Of a DNA stretch of 64,000 bases, positions 9,170 through 18,567 are shown in pieces. Every line of letters begins with the position of its first letter. Position 1 is the stretch's first letter. The stretch lies in contig JBBTSO010000001.1 of NCBI GenBank assembly GCA_038064695.1, positions 85,932 to 149,931 of the forward strand. The letters are read 5' to 3'. The notes beneath the pieces are model-generated. The model had not been told where the DNA came from, ran no database searches, and saw only the letters and a program-made list of their open reading frames with translations. A program made the position numbers and the translations under genes. This stretch comes from Patescibacteria group bacterium. GTDB lineage: Bacteria; Patescibacteriota; Minisyncoccia; Phycocordibacterales; Phycocordibacteraceae.

Positions 9170-10402
9170 CTAGTTAAACCCTAGTGCAGCGAGTTCTTCG
9201 CGGACGACGGTGGCGTCGTCCCACGGGGTTTTTTTGCCACCCGCCTCCATAATGTAGGGATCGGTGCCTTTTCCTGAAATTAAAACCGCGTCATTTGCTT
9301 TAGCGAGCGTGAGTGCGTGGTGAATAGCTTCGCGACGGTCCATGACGATGGTGGGCGTTCGTTTCATCTCGGTCGTCATATCATTCACTATTTTTTCAGG
9401 GTCTTCGTCGTATGGGTCTTCATTGGTGAGAATAACGGTGTCGCAATGTTCATCGGCAATTTTCCCCATGAGTGGGCGCTTCCACGTGTCGCGTCCGCCG
9501 CCGGTGTTGCCGAGCACACAAATTTTTCTTTGTGGGTAGGCGCTGTAGAGGGCCTCGAGCGAGTCAGGAGTGTGAGCGTAGTCCACGATAACTTTGAACG
9601 GTTGGCCCGCCTCAATAGGTTCTACCCGTCCGCGGACTTGCGGCAAAGTTTTGAGAGCCTGGAGCGCTGCTTCATGAGGAACACCGAACGCTTCTACCAT
9701 TTTTAATGTTGCGAGAGCATTTAGATTATTGAATGTGCCTGAAAGCGGCGTGAGCGCTGGCATCCCTGACGCCTCTTCATCTCTAAAAGAAATGCGCGTG
9801 GGAACCTGAGCGTTTTCAAAAAAGATACGCACGTTTTCATCGCTCGCGTTTGCTACCAACACGCGGTGTTTTTTGGGGGAGCGCTCCAACTCGTGTACAA
9901 TGGCGCGTTTCGCGGCAACGTAGTTTTCAAAAGAACCGTGACGTTCTAGGTGTTCGCGCTGAATGTTGGTAACGATAAGTCCGTCCAAGTTTAAATAGCG
10001 ATGCCGTTCATCAAGCGTCCCTTCGGAAGTTATTTCAACGATTGCGTGCGTGGCCCCTTCGCGCTTCGCGCGAGCGAGAAAGAAGTGGAGGAACCCTCTG
10101 CCCTGCATAGTCATTTTAAAGCGATTGGGCTCTTCTCCTGACGGGGTTGCAAATCGAATGGTTGAGGCAAGTGCCGTTTTGTACCCCGCATGGGTGAATA
10201 CGACATAGAGCATATCGGCGACGGTTGATTTTCCCTTAGTGCCGGTTACTCCAATCACGGTGAGGTGTTTTGTGGGCGTGCCGTAGTAGTGATAGGCGAA
10301 CAGGGAAAGTGCCTGGTGGTACGGTGCGCGTAGCATATGTACCAGCCACTCGGGCATTACTTTTTTTAAAATCTTTGCAAGAAAAGAAACAATACTATAC
10401 AT
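9170..10402 (-). CDS. murE: MurE-like UDP-N-acetylmuramyl-tripeptide synthetase
   Basis: GVTGTKGKST, VDYAHTPDSL, GGGRD and ISGKG motifs. Confidence 0.88.
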   Translation of the reverse strand: MYSIVSFLAKILKKVMPEWLVHMLRAPYHQALSLFAYHYYGTPTKHLTVIGVTGTKGKSTVADMLYVVFTHAGYKTALASTIRFATPSGEEPNRFKMTMQGRGFLHFFLARAKREGATHAIVEITSEGTLDERHRYLNLDGLIVTNIQREHLERHGSFENYVAAKRAIVHELERSPKKHRVLVANASDENVRIFFENAQVPTRISFRDEEASGMPALTPLSGTFNNLNALATLKMVEAFGVPHEAALQALKTLPQVRGRVEPIEAGQPFKVIVDYAHTPDSLEALYSAYPQRKICVLGNTGGGRDTWKRPLMGKIADEHCDTVILTNEDPYDEDPEKIVNDMTTEMKRTPTIVMDRREAIHHALTLAKANDAVLISGKGTDPYIMEAGGKKTPWDDATVVREELAALGFN

Positions 10403-10404
10403 GC

Positions 10405-10977
10405 TTATTTGGTGCCTGAGAGGAGTCGTAGCGCCTCGCGGATGCGGTCTTCCGCGCGCGTGAGTTCTTTCGGTATCGCGCGCGCGGTATCGCGCGCCTC
10501 TTTGAGTGAGTACCCCAAGCTGACCAGCGCGTCCACCACTTCGCCATCCGACGCGCCACTGCCCGCGCTCCCCGGTGTTGCCACTACTTTTTCTTTCAAC
10601 TCCAGCACAATTTTTTCAGCTGTTTTTCGTCCAATACCAAACGCTCGCGCCAAGACGCTCGCGTCGTTTCCTGAAATAGCGCTTTCAAGTGTTTGGATGT
10701 CGGCACTGTTTAACACGGCAAGTGCCGAGCGGGGGCCAATGCCGGAAACCGTTAAGAGTAGTTCAAACCACTGTAACTCCTCCTTACTTTCAAAGCCGTA
10801 GAGGTCGTGAGAATTTTCTCTAACCGCAAGATGAGTCCATAATGAAAGCTCAACCCCTTCGCGGGCGCTGGCAAGTGTAGGGGCAAGAACCCGCACACGG
10901 TAGCCCAACTGACCCGCGGAAATGATGACCGAGTCTCGAATGGCTGAGAGTACGGTGCCGTGGATATGTCCGATCAT
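10405..10977 (-). CDS. ruvA: Holliday junction branch migration protein RuvA
   Basis: MIGHIHG, LYGF, VSGIGPRSAL, GIGRKTAEKIVLELK, ALVSLGY. Confidence 0.95.
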   Translation of the reverse strand: MIGHIHGTVLSAIRDSVIISAGQLGYRVRVLAPTLASAREGVELSLWTHLAVRENSHDLYGFESKEELQWFELLLTVSGIGPRSALAVLNSADIQTLESAISGNDASVLARAFGIGRKTAEKIVLELKEKVVATPGSAGSGASDGEVVDALVSLGYSLKEARDTARAIPKELTRAEDRIREALRLLSGTK

Positions 10978-11086
10978 AAAGACAGTATAGAGCACTCCGC
11001 ACTCATCATTCAGTGCCAGTGCGGTTCAAACAAAAATGCTGATTTCCTTGATACTTTATACTGAATACCGTATACTGCTTTTCTAT

Positions 11087-11353
11087 ATGGCAATTACTAA
11101 AAGCGCAAAAAAGGCTATTCGCTCTCAAGAGCGAAAGCGTGTATTTAACGTCCGCACCAAACGCGCACTTTCAAGCACCGTAAAGGCGACCTCAGCGGCT
11201 CTCGGGAAAGATCGAAAAGAGCAAAATGAAGTCTTAAAAGCCGCCTACAAGGCAATTGATAAAGCAGCAAAACGCGGCGTCATAAAGAAAAATACCGCAG
11301 CGCGTAAAAAGTCCCGCCTCGCACAACGCCTCAAGAAATCATCCGCAAAATAA
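11087..11353 (+). CDS. rpsT: 30S ribosomal protein S20
   Basis: MAITKSAKKAIR...IDKAAKRGVIKKNTAARKKSRL. Confidence 0.97.
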   Translation: MAITKSAKKAIRSQERKRVFNVRTKRALSSTVKATSAALGKDRKEQNEVLKAAYKAIDKAAKRGVIKKNTAARKKSRLAQRLKKSSAK

Positions 11354-11378
11354 AAAACCGCCCTCAGGGGCGGTTTTT
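11352..11378. terminator. Bidirectional intrinsic terminator
   Basis: AAAAAACCGCCC-TCAG-GGGCGGTTTTT between convergent genes. Confidence 0.85.
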
Positions 11379-11381
11379 GTT

Positions 11382-11831
11382 TTATGCGTGTGAGAGTTTT
11401 CTCCCTCCCAGCATTTTTTTTACTATAGGAACGCCAAATTTAAATCCTACCCCCGCTAGCGCTGTTGCTACTCCCGCCGCCAAAATTGTTTGAGGCATGT
11501 TTGATTTCTGCTTCATAGGAACATACTCGCCCTCCGCGTCGCGTACGTATCCCTGCGCGCGTGCCCACTCGTCATTTTTCATTTGTCCTTCTTCAATATA
11601 ACTTTGGTATTGTCGATTGCCTGCGAGGTCAGTTTTATACCCGAGCTCATCAGTAAAAGGGGAGCGAGTAGGTTTTGCTGCTGGATCAGCATCGCCACTT
11701 TCAAGGTCTATTCCAAGCACTTCACGCACCTCTTCTAAGTTTGAATAAATCGCTACGATTGCTGCTACTGCCGCAACAAGCATTCCACCCATTAAAATAA
11801 AGTTAGGTCGTTCTTTTTTTGTTTCTGCCAT
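11382..11831 (-). CDS. Orphan membrane protein (N- and C-terminal TM)
   Basis: Two Ala/Gly-rich hydrophobic segments; own promoter and terminator. Confidence 0.7.
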   Translation of the reverse strand: MAETKKERPNFILMGGMLVAAVAAIVAIYSNLEEVREVLGIDLESGDADPAAKPTRSPFTDELGYKTDLAGNRQYQSYIEEGQMKNDEWARAQGYVRDAEGEYVPMKQKSNMPQTILAAGVATALAGVGFKFGVPIVKKMLGGRKLSHA

Positions 11832-11872
11832 AAAAGTAAATTTAAACGCGCCAATAAAAGCGCTATTTGAGC

Positions 11873-11901
11873 ATTATATACTTAAATTCTTATTTTGTCA
11901 A
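11873..11901 (-). promoter_or_regulatory. Consensus sigma70 promoter
   Basis: Minus strand TTGACA-17nt-TATAAT. Confidence 0.8.
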
Positions 11902-11915
11902 ATATTCTGTAAGAC

Positions 11916-12866
11916 CTATTTTGAAAGGGTAGTGATGGGGCGGCTTTGGAGAATATAGAGCGTGCCGTTTTCAATTGCCCACTCAATGTCTTGTGGCCTT
12001 CCGTAGTGCTTCTCAATCATTTCTATAACGTCGGCAAGGTGAAGAATATGTTCATCGGCGAGTTTCTGGGCCTCTCTTTTTTCAGAAGGAATGTCTCTCC
12101 ACTCGCTGTCTCCTGTCTGTTTTTTGTAAAGTCCCTTTTCTTGAGAGGCAATATTTTTTTCAATAATTTCTCGTGGTTGTTTGGAAATCACGTACGCGTC
12201 TGGGGTCACGTGCCCTCCCACCACTGCTTCACCTAAACCCCACGCTCCTTCTATGAATAGGTGATTATGGTCTTCCGTAACGGGGTCTACGGAGAAGGCG
12301 ACACCTGAGGCGTCGCTCTGCACCATTTTTTGTATTACCACTGAAACAGAAATGTCGGTTTGACCAAGATTTTTCTCGTAGCGATAAAAAATAGCGCGTG
12401 GGGTGTAGAGCGATGCCCAACAGCGGCGCACATTCTGAAGCACGTGTTCTTTTGTGGTGTTGAGGTACGTATCGAGTTGACCTGCCCACGCAGCGTCGGG
12501 GCCATCTTCAACGGTTGCGCTGGAACGTACCGCCACAAATTCTGCGTTGAGTGCTCCAAACGCATCCATTATTTCGTTCGCCATCTCTGTAGGAATGGGG
12601 TGGGTATTATTTAAAATGCGCTCCTGAATTTTTTCTGACGCGAGGTCCACGCTCGCCGAGTTTTCAATGGAAACAGGCTTTAAAAGTTCTTCAATTTCTG
12701 CTTTGAGCGACGTTGAGGTAATAAAATGTTCAAAGGCTCCTGCCACCACCACAAACCCTCCTGGAACAGGAATTCCCGCACGGGTCATTTCACCAAGCGA
12801 TGCGCCTTTTCCCCCGGCGATGTTTGCGTCGTCTTTTCCGAGCTCTTGGAAGCGTTTAGTCCACAC
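11916..12866 (-). CDS. ppsA: PEP synthase, N-terminal nucleotide-binding half (split gene)
   Basis: GGKGASLGEM, AVRSSATVED, WGLGEAVVGG and DIEWA...QSRPITTL, then stop. GTG start at 12866 is inferred. Confidence 0.85.
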   Translation of the reverse strand: MWTKRFQELGKDDANIAGGKGASLGEMTRAGIPVPGGFVVVAGAFEHFITSTSLKAEIEELLKPVSIENSASVDLASEKIQERILNNTHPIPTEMANEIMDAFGALNAEFVAVRSSATVEDGPDAAWAGQLDTYLNTTKEHVLQNVRRCWASLYTPRAIFYRYEKNLGQTDISVSVVIQKMVQSDASGVAFSVDPVTEDHNHLFIEGAWGLGEAVVGGHVTPDAYVISKQPREIIEKNIASQEKGLYKKQTGDSEWRDIPSEKREAQKLADEHILHLADVIEMIEKHYGRPQDIEWAIENGTLYILQSRPITTLSK

Positions 12867-12958
12867 AATGATACAGATTGTATCGTATGAGCTCCCGAGA
12901 CGCCATCTACCGAGTGAACCAATACTCTTGTACACTGTGGATACAAGATCTGGTTTGT

Positions 12959-14254
12959 ATGAAGATTGCTCACATTCACGCGCGCGAAGTTTTTGATTCG
13001 CGAGGCACACCCACTTTAGAGGCAGAAGTAACCACTGAACACGACATAGTGGGGCGCGCCATAGTTCCTTCAGGTGCTTCAACAGGTACCCATGAAGCTC
13101 ATGAGCTCCGAGATAATGATGAAAAACGCTTTGGGGGAAAGGGAGTATTGAAAGCGGTTAGGCACGTGAACGAAGACATCGCGCGAACGCTCATCGGGAT
13201 GCCCATAGATGCGCAGGAAACCATTGACGAGGCACTGATTACGCTTGACGGGACTCCGAATAAAAAACGCCTCGGGGCGAACGCGCTTCTCGGGGTGTCG
13301 CTTGCGACCGCTCACGCCGCAGCGAAAGAAAAAAACATTCCTCTCTATGAGTACGCGAGTCTTCTTTCAGAAGAAAAACGCGAGCCGGTGTTGCCGCTTC
13401 CGCTCATCAATATTTTAAATGGGGGCGCGCATACGCTCTGGGAATCTACCGACATTCAAGAGTTTATGATTGCTCCCGTGGGAGCTGACTCGTTTTCGCA
13501 CGCGCTTCAGATGAGCGCGGAAATTTTTCACGCGCTCAAAGGCGTCTTGAAAGAAGCGGGATACGGGACGGGAGTGGGGGACGAGGGAGGGTTTGCGCCT
13601 GCGCTTAAAGACGGTAACGAAGAAGCGTTTGCACGAATTGCCGAAGCGGTCGGGAATGCAGGGTACGTGTTGGGAAGCGACGTGGTGTTTGCGCTTGATA
13701 GTGCCGCTTCAGAATTTCATCGTGGAGAATCGTACGCGCTTCCGCTTGCGGGCAGAACTCTCACGAGCGATGAGATGATTTCGTGGTATCGCTCACTTTC
13801 AAAAAAATTCCCCATTGCTTCTCTTGAAGATGGGCTTGCAGAAGGTGATTGGGATGGGTGGAGACTCCTTACTCGTGAACTAGGGGACACGATGCAACTT
13901 GTAGGAGATGATCTTTTGGTTACCAACACCACGTTTTTAAATCGGGCAATAGAGGAAAAGGCAGGGAACGCTATTTTAATAAAGGTGAACCAAATAGGAA
14001 CACTCACTGAAACTATTCGTGCCGTTGATAGTGCGCACCGCGCAGGGTGGCGCACCGTTATGTCGCATCGTTCAGGAGAAACAGAGGACACTACCATCGC
14101 ACACCTTGCGGTAGGGTTGGGGTGCGGGCAGATAAAAACAGGGTCGCTCAGTCGTTCTGACCGTGTCGCGAAATACAACGAACTGCTTCGTATTGAAGAA
14201 CGTTTAGGAGACCGCGCAGTATTTGCGGGAAATGTTTTTCTTACTAATAACTAA
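12959..14254 (+). CDS. eno: Enolase
   Basis: [39 protein letters not shown]. Confidence 0.97.
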   Translation: MKIAHIHAREVFDSRGTPTLEAEVTTEHDIVGRAIVPSGASTGTHEAHELRDNDEKRFGGKGVLKAVRHVNEDIARTLIGMPIDAQETIDEALITLDGTPNKKRLGANALLGVSLATAHAAAKEKNIPLYEYASLLSEEKREPVLPLPLINILNGGAHTLWESTDIQEFMIAPVGADSFSHALQMSAEIFHALKGVLKEAGYGTGVGDEGGFAPALKDGNEEAFARIAEAVGNAGYVLGSDVVFALDSAASEFHRGESYALPLAGRTLTSDEMISWYRSLSKKFPIASLEDGLAEGDWDGWRLLTRELGDTMQLVGDDLLVTNTTFLNRAIEEKAGNAILIKVNQIGTLTETIRAVDSAHRAGWRTVMSHRSGETEDTTIAHLAVGLGCGQIKTGSLSRSDRVAKYNELLRIEERLGDRAVFAGNVFLTNN

Positions 14255-14280
14255 CCACTAGCCACTAAACACTAATTTCT

Positions 14281-14898
14281 ATGGCACATCTTTTTTTAAT
14301 GCGACACGGCATGAGCGAGTGGAACAAGCTCGGACTCTGGACTGGGTGGACTGACGTTGATTTGGCTCCGGAAGGGAGAAATGAAGCACGTGCCGCTGCA
14401 AAGTTTTTTAAAGATGTTGCAATTCAGAGTGTACACACTTCTACACTGAAACGCGCGCAACAGACTTTTGCTGAAATTCAAAAAGAACTTTCGTGGCATG
14501 ACCTTGAGCCGTGTGTCTCACCGGCATTAAACGAGAGAAACTATGGGGTTTACACGGGACTCGTAAAAGAAGAAGTGCGAAAAAAGGTAGGGGAGGAGGA
14601 GTATAAAAAAATTAGACGCGGTTTCTCCCATCCCATTCCTGAAGGAGAGTCACTCGCAACCGTGTTTGAGCGCATTAGCTGTTATTTTGAAGATCATGTT
14701 CGCCCTGAACTTCGTCATGGGAAAAACGTGCTCATCGTGGCTCACGGCAACTCGCTCCGCGCACTCGTCAAATACTTAGAAAACATTGACGACGAATCTA
14801 TTGTTGACGTGCATATAGAAACGGGGGAAGTGTACCGGTATGAATTTGATTCGCGCGGACTCTTGGTGGGGAAGCAGATACTAAAAAACGCCGCGTGA
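14281..14898 (+). CDS. gpmA: 2,3-BPG-dependent phosphoglycerate mutase
   Basis: RHGMSEWN, LNERNYG, AHGNSLRAL. Confidence 0.95.
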   Translation: MAHLFLMRHGMSEWNKLGLWTGWTDVDLAPEGRNEARAAAKFFKDVAIQSVHTSTLKRAQQTFAEIQKELSWHDLEPCVSPALNERNYGVYTGLVKEEVRKKVGEEEYKKIRRGFSHPIPEGESLATVFERISCYFEDHVRPELRHGKNVLIVAHGNSLRALVKYLENIDDESIVDVHIETGEVYRYEFDSRGLLVGKQILKNAA

Positions 14899-14912
14899 GC
14901 GGTGGCGCGTGT

Positions 14913-16163
14913 TTAACGTTTCGCTTCAACGTCGCCGATGATGTTGCGGGTTGCAATAACTGCGTCAGGACTCACCGATACCGAAGTGATACCCCACTCC
15001 ACCAACTTTTGAGTGAGGTCAGGGTAGACCGAAGGCGCTTGCCCGCAAATAGAAACAGGAACACCTCTCTTTTTGCATGTGGTAATAATACGCTCCAGTG
15101 ACCACAATACGGCTTCATTTCGTTCATCAAATAGTTCTGCAAAACGCTCGTTGTCGCGATCAACCCCGAGGGTGAGTTGGGTGAGGTCGTTTGAACCAAT
15201 AGAAACGCCGTCAACACCAACATCTAAAAACTTGTCTAACAAAATAACATTGGAAGGAAGCTCAGCCATCATCCAGATACCCGCCTTTCCTATATTTTTT
15301 TCTTTGAGAAGCGCTTTCACTGTGCGCAGTTCTTCGGGAGTGTGAATGAAAGGGATCATGATGCGCACGTTATCGAATATTTTTTCAACCCGATGTAGCG
15401 CTTCTGCTTCAAGGTCAAATACATCCTTATCCACTGAGTAGCGGAATGCTCCACGAAATCCAATCATCGGGTTTTCTTCCACGGGCTCGTACTTTTCACC
15501 GCCTTCCAAGTCGCGGTATTCGTTTGTTTTAAAGTCAGTGAGGCGATAGGTAACAGGGCGGGGATGAAATGCTTTTGCAAAGATAGAAATTTTTTCAGCG
15601 AGGGTTGCGGTAAATTCTTCTCCCTTTCCTTCTTCAATCATAAAGCGGGGGTGGCGCCCAAGGTGCGCTACGATAAACTCTGCGCGAAGTAATCCTACGC
15701 CGTCAACGTTCATTTTTGCGACTTCTTCGGCGCGTTCGGGGTCAGCGAGGTTCACGTACACGTTCGTTTTTGTTTTTGAATGACGCATTGTTGCGGCAAG
15801 GTTGGTATCGGGAGTAATAGTTTGCTCTCCCGCATAGACTTTTCCTGTCGTTGCGTCAACGGTTATCATTTGGCCGTCTTTTAAGACTTCAAGCGCGTTG
15901 CCTGTTCCCACAATGCAGGGGATACCAAGTTCGCGAGACACAATTGCCGCGTGACATGTGCGCCCACCCTTGCAAGTAATAATTGCTGCCGCTTTTTTCA
16001 TGAATGGCACAAAGTCTGGCGTGGTCATATCGGTCACCAAAATAGACCCTTCGGTGAACTTTATATGAGCTTCCTTCGCATCTCTGATGATAATGACTTT
16101 CCCGGTTGCTGAACCACGACTTGCGGGAGACCCTTTCACGATCACGTCAGATGGTGTGTCCAT
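14913..16163 (-). CDS. ppsA: PEP synthase, phospho-His swivel plus PEP-binding C-terminal half (split gene)
   Basis: GGRTCHAAIVSRELG, GVGLLRAEF, EENPMIGFRG, SIGSNDLTQ, CGQAPS; start uncertain (16163-16211). Confidence 0.88.
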   Translation of the reverse strand: MDTPSDVIVKGSPASRGSATGKVIIIRDAKEAHIKFTEGSILVTDMTTPDFVPFMKKAAAIITCKGGRTCHAAIVSRELGIPCIVGTGNALEVLKDGQMITVDATTGKVYAGEQTITPDTNLAATMRHSKTKTNVYVNLADPERAEEVAKMNVDGVGLLRAEFIVAHLGRHPRFMIEEGKGEEFTATLAEKISIFAKAFHPRPVTYRLTDFKTNEYRDLEGGEKYEPVEENPMIGFRGAFRYSVDKDVFDLEAEALHRVEKIFDNVRIMIPFIHTPEELRTVKALLKEKNIGKAGIWMMAELPSNVILLDKFLDVGVDGVSIGSNDLTQLTLGVDRDNERFAELFDERNEAVLWSLERIITTCKKRGVPVSICGQAPSVYPDLTQKLVEWGITSVSVSPDAVIATRNIIGDVEAKR

Positions 16164-16263
16164 AATTTTTTGTAGTATGGCGTTCATTATACCTAACAAG
16201 TGAATAAACACGTATTACACTCATATATTGACGTTCAATTTTTTGGTTATATAATATATTTAT

Positions 16264-16428
16264 ATGGTTAGTATGGATCAAAAAGTACTTAGTTCTTCTG
16301 AAAATCCATTCGGATTGTCTACACTCCGTGGTCCGGTCGCGTTATTGGTTGTAGCACTTGCTGGGGCAGGTCTTCTTGCAGGAGGTGCAGCATGGGGAAT
16401 TGGTGAAATGATTAAACACTACTTATAA
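16264..16428 (+). CDS. Orphan 54-aa Gly/Ala-rich membrane peptide (not in ORF track)
   Basis: MVSMDQKVLSSSENPFGLSTLRGPVALLVVALAGAGLLAGGAAWGIGEMIKHYL*; TTGACG-16-TATAAT upstream. Confidence 0.55.
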   Translation: MVSMDQKVLSSSENPFGLSTLRGPVALLVVALAGAGLLAGGAAWGIGEMIKHYL

Positions 16429-16480
16429 AGATTCCCAAGCATCGGCTTGAAGAGTGTTTCACCTCTGCGCTTAATGGATT

Positions 16481-17107
16481 TTATTTTTCAGCCGCAAGAA
16501 ACTTTTGTTCCCATAACTCCATACGTGTCGGAATCTCATCAATGAGTCCTCTCTTTCTTAATATTCCATAAAAGCCTCGATCTATGGTACAAAGTTTCCC
16601 TCGGGAAATACCCTCATAGTGTTCATGATAGTAAGCGAGAAGCTCTTGGTCAGACATCGAAACCCAGTCACGATACGCAGTAGGAATCTCGTCAATTAAA
16701 TTGCGGTTTCGTAGTGTTTGATAAAAACTAGGATCAATGTCTTGTAGTTTTCTCCTCGATAGTCCCTCGTAATGTTCTTTGTAGTAGGCGAGCATCTCGC
16801 TGTCGCTCATTGTTTTCCATGAACGATATTCGCGCGTTTCTTCAGCAGCTTCTCGAGAACGGCCTCCTTCACGTTCGCGAATGCGTCTCTCATCCTCGCC
16901 TTCTCCTGCAGCGCGGTCAGTACCAAGTCGCACGTCGTCTTCACTTCCTGAATCGTTAGCGGTCAGCACTATGCCTATAGCTACAGCCGCAATACTCATA
17001 CCAAGCAAAATCACACCAGTATTGTCTTTGGTTTGTGAGGTATTATCCACACCAAAATAGAATAGCGCTGACTCGGTATTACGCATAGTTCTAAAACCTC
17101 TCAACAT
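16481..17107 (-). CDS. Membrane-anchored protein with two tandem ~51-aa repeats
   Basis: TM helix, charged linker, then two YRxWxxMSDxExLAYYxEHYEGxSRxKL...IDEIPT repeats. Confidence 0.7.
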   Translation of the reverse strand: MLRGFRTMRNTESALFYFGVDNTSQTKDNTGVILLGMSIAAVAIGIVLTANDSGSEDDVRLGTDRAAGEGEDERRIREREGGRSREAAEETREYRSWKTMSDSEMLAYYKEHYEGLSRRKLQDIDPSFYQTLRNRNLIDEIPTAYRDWVSMSDQELLAYYHEHYEGISRGKLCTIDRGFYGILRKRGLIDEIPTRMELWEQKFLAAEK

Positions 17108-17160
17108 TGATGGACTTTACTCTCTCCCGGCGTTTGTTGTCAAATAACTACTAATTTTTT

Positions 17161-17591
17161 GTGGTCACGAGTCACTAAGTATTTCAAACGCTCTCGGTAC
17201 CTGCGGGCCGAGCATTATACCCTCGGTCATTGGCATGCAAGCACGCCATGACCCTCGTGTGTGCTCTCGGTAACTAACGTTGCCGATTCGCACAACTTCA
17301 AAAATACTGAAGCAAGCTTCGTATTTTGTTCAGTTGTGCTCTCGGTAGGAAGTGTCTTGTGTAAGACACAAGCACGCATCGGTCACGGATAATTTTCTGC
17401 TAAAAATTTCCGCGACCCGACAAAAGCGACGGCAGGCAGTTTTTGTCCCTGCATAGACAGGTGAGGCGCCGTCGCGCCTCCGGTTTTCGATTCCTACCTT
17501 TTTGCGTAGCAACACAAACCCCCGTTCAGGAAGATAGGAGTGTAAACGACGTAAGAAACCTTTGGTGTCTTACGTGGGGGTCGGGGGTTTG
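17161..17591 (-). repeat. Stacked tRNA 3'-flanking elements at tRNA-Arg(GCG)
   Basis: Three extra copies of the tRNA 3' end (17334-17351, 17260-17272, 17190-17199), an antisense T-arm copy (17486-17498), and the shared scaffold. Confidence 0.85.
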
Positions 17592-17663
17592 TGCTCTCGG
17601 TAGGAATCGAACCTACATTGCAAGCTCCGCAAGCTTGCGTCCTATCCATTGAACGACGAGAGC
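17592..17663 (-). tRNA. tRNA-Arg(GCG)
   Basis: GCTCTCGTCGTTCAATGGATAGGACGCAAGCTT-GCG-GAGCTTGCAATGTAGGTTCGATTCCTACCGAGAGCA; no encoded CCA. Confidence 0.93.
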
Positions 17664-17818
17664 ATAGTTGCTTACGGGAAGCGCGTAGCGCGTGTTTTTG
17701 TGCAAAGAAGGAAAATAGAAGCTCGTTTATATTTTCCTGAATGAACAAAAATTCGAGTAAGCAGATTTTGTCAGAACGCGCTTTCGTATGAACCGGTCAG
17801 TCGACGTCATACGAAAGC
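17664..17818 (-). repeat. tRNA 5'-flanking structured element (copy at tRNA-Arg GCG)
   Basis: Starts with a GCTTTCGT.../CGAAAGC hairpin mimicking the GCTCTCG/CGAGAGC acceptor stem; homologous to 5102-5261. Confidence 0.8.
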
Positions 17819-18046
17819 ATTTACTGACTCTCTATTTCGAGAGCAGCATAGTGGAATGTACCACGAGAGCGGAGTTTTTTCACTGGTTGGCGAAGCCAGA
17901 AAGCCACAGCCGTAAGGCTATGGCTGAATGGTCGCATAGGAAAAGAACGCCCGGTGGGGCGTTCCCTGACCAGCAAAACGCCACTGGTAGCCGCCCGCGG
18001 AAAGCCCCGTCCGTTAGGGTGAGGTTAGACGGACGGCTCGTTTTAC

Positions 18047-18505
18047 CTATAATCCCAATTTTTCAACGAGCATTTCAGTGAAGGAGTCAATATCGTCAAC
18101 TTCTTCAATGTTGTTGTTTTTAAATTCGGTACGTACCGCGCGATGGTCAATATCAATAAGGGGAATGACCGTGGTTCCAAGCAACGTTTTAGTTTTGATA
18201 GTGAGACGGTAGGGGCTTGCGCGGTCGTTTATTGAAAAGAGTTCTACCGATGCCCAGGGAATGATGCGTTCATCAAGGTGAACTCCCGAATCGCTGAGTC
18301 CGTACTTTTTTTCACCCGCAGGACGAGACCCCGCAAGCATCACGGTAAAACCTCCGATTAAGATAAGGAACCCAAAAAGAATATTCCCCACAATGAAGCT
18401 CGCAAGTGCGACACCTCCCGCCACGATGCCGATAGTGACGTACCAGTTTTTGGTTTTTTTAGAAGCCGCTTCCTGGTGGCTTTGCCACATGTACTTTTTC
18501 TTCAC
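18047..18505 (-). CDS. Conserved hypothetical 2-TM protein with C-terminal beta (PH-like) domain
   Basis: YMWQSHQ..K..NWY, two TM segments, GVHLDERIIPW. Confidence 0.7.
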   Translation of the reverse strand: MKKKYMWQSHQEAASKKTKNWYVTIGIVAGGVALASFIVGNILFGFLILIGGFTVMLAGSRPAGEKKYGLSDSGVHLDERIIPWASVELFSINDRASPYRLTIKTKTLLGTTVIPLIDIDHRAVRTEFKNNNIEEVDDIDSFTEMLVEKLGL

Positions 18506-18567
18506 CTCTTTATTGTATATGAAAAAAGAAGTTTCATATTCACCTTGTTTAGGTATACTAAGATGTA

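Noticed and set aside
12867-13082. N-terminal extensions of ppsA-N and eno that overlap each other
   Set aside because: Homology begins near 12866 (minus) and 12959 (plus); the extensions are longest-ORF artefacts across a divergent promoter.
17161-17606. CRISPR array
   Set aside because: The repeats are 10-18 bp copies of a tRNA 3' end with irregular 73-255 bp spacing, and no cas genes are in the window.
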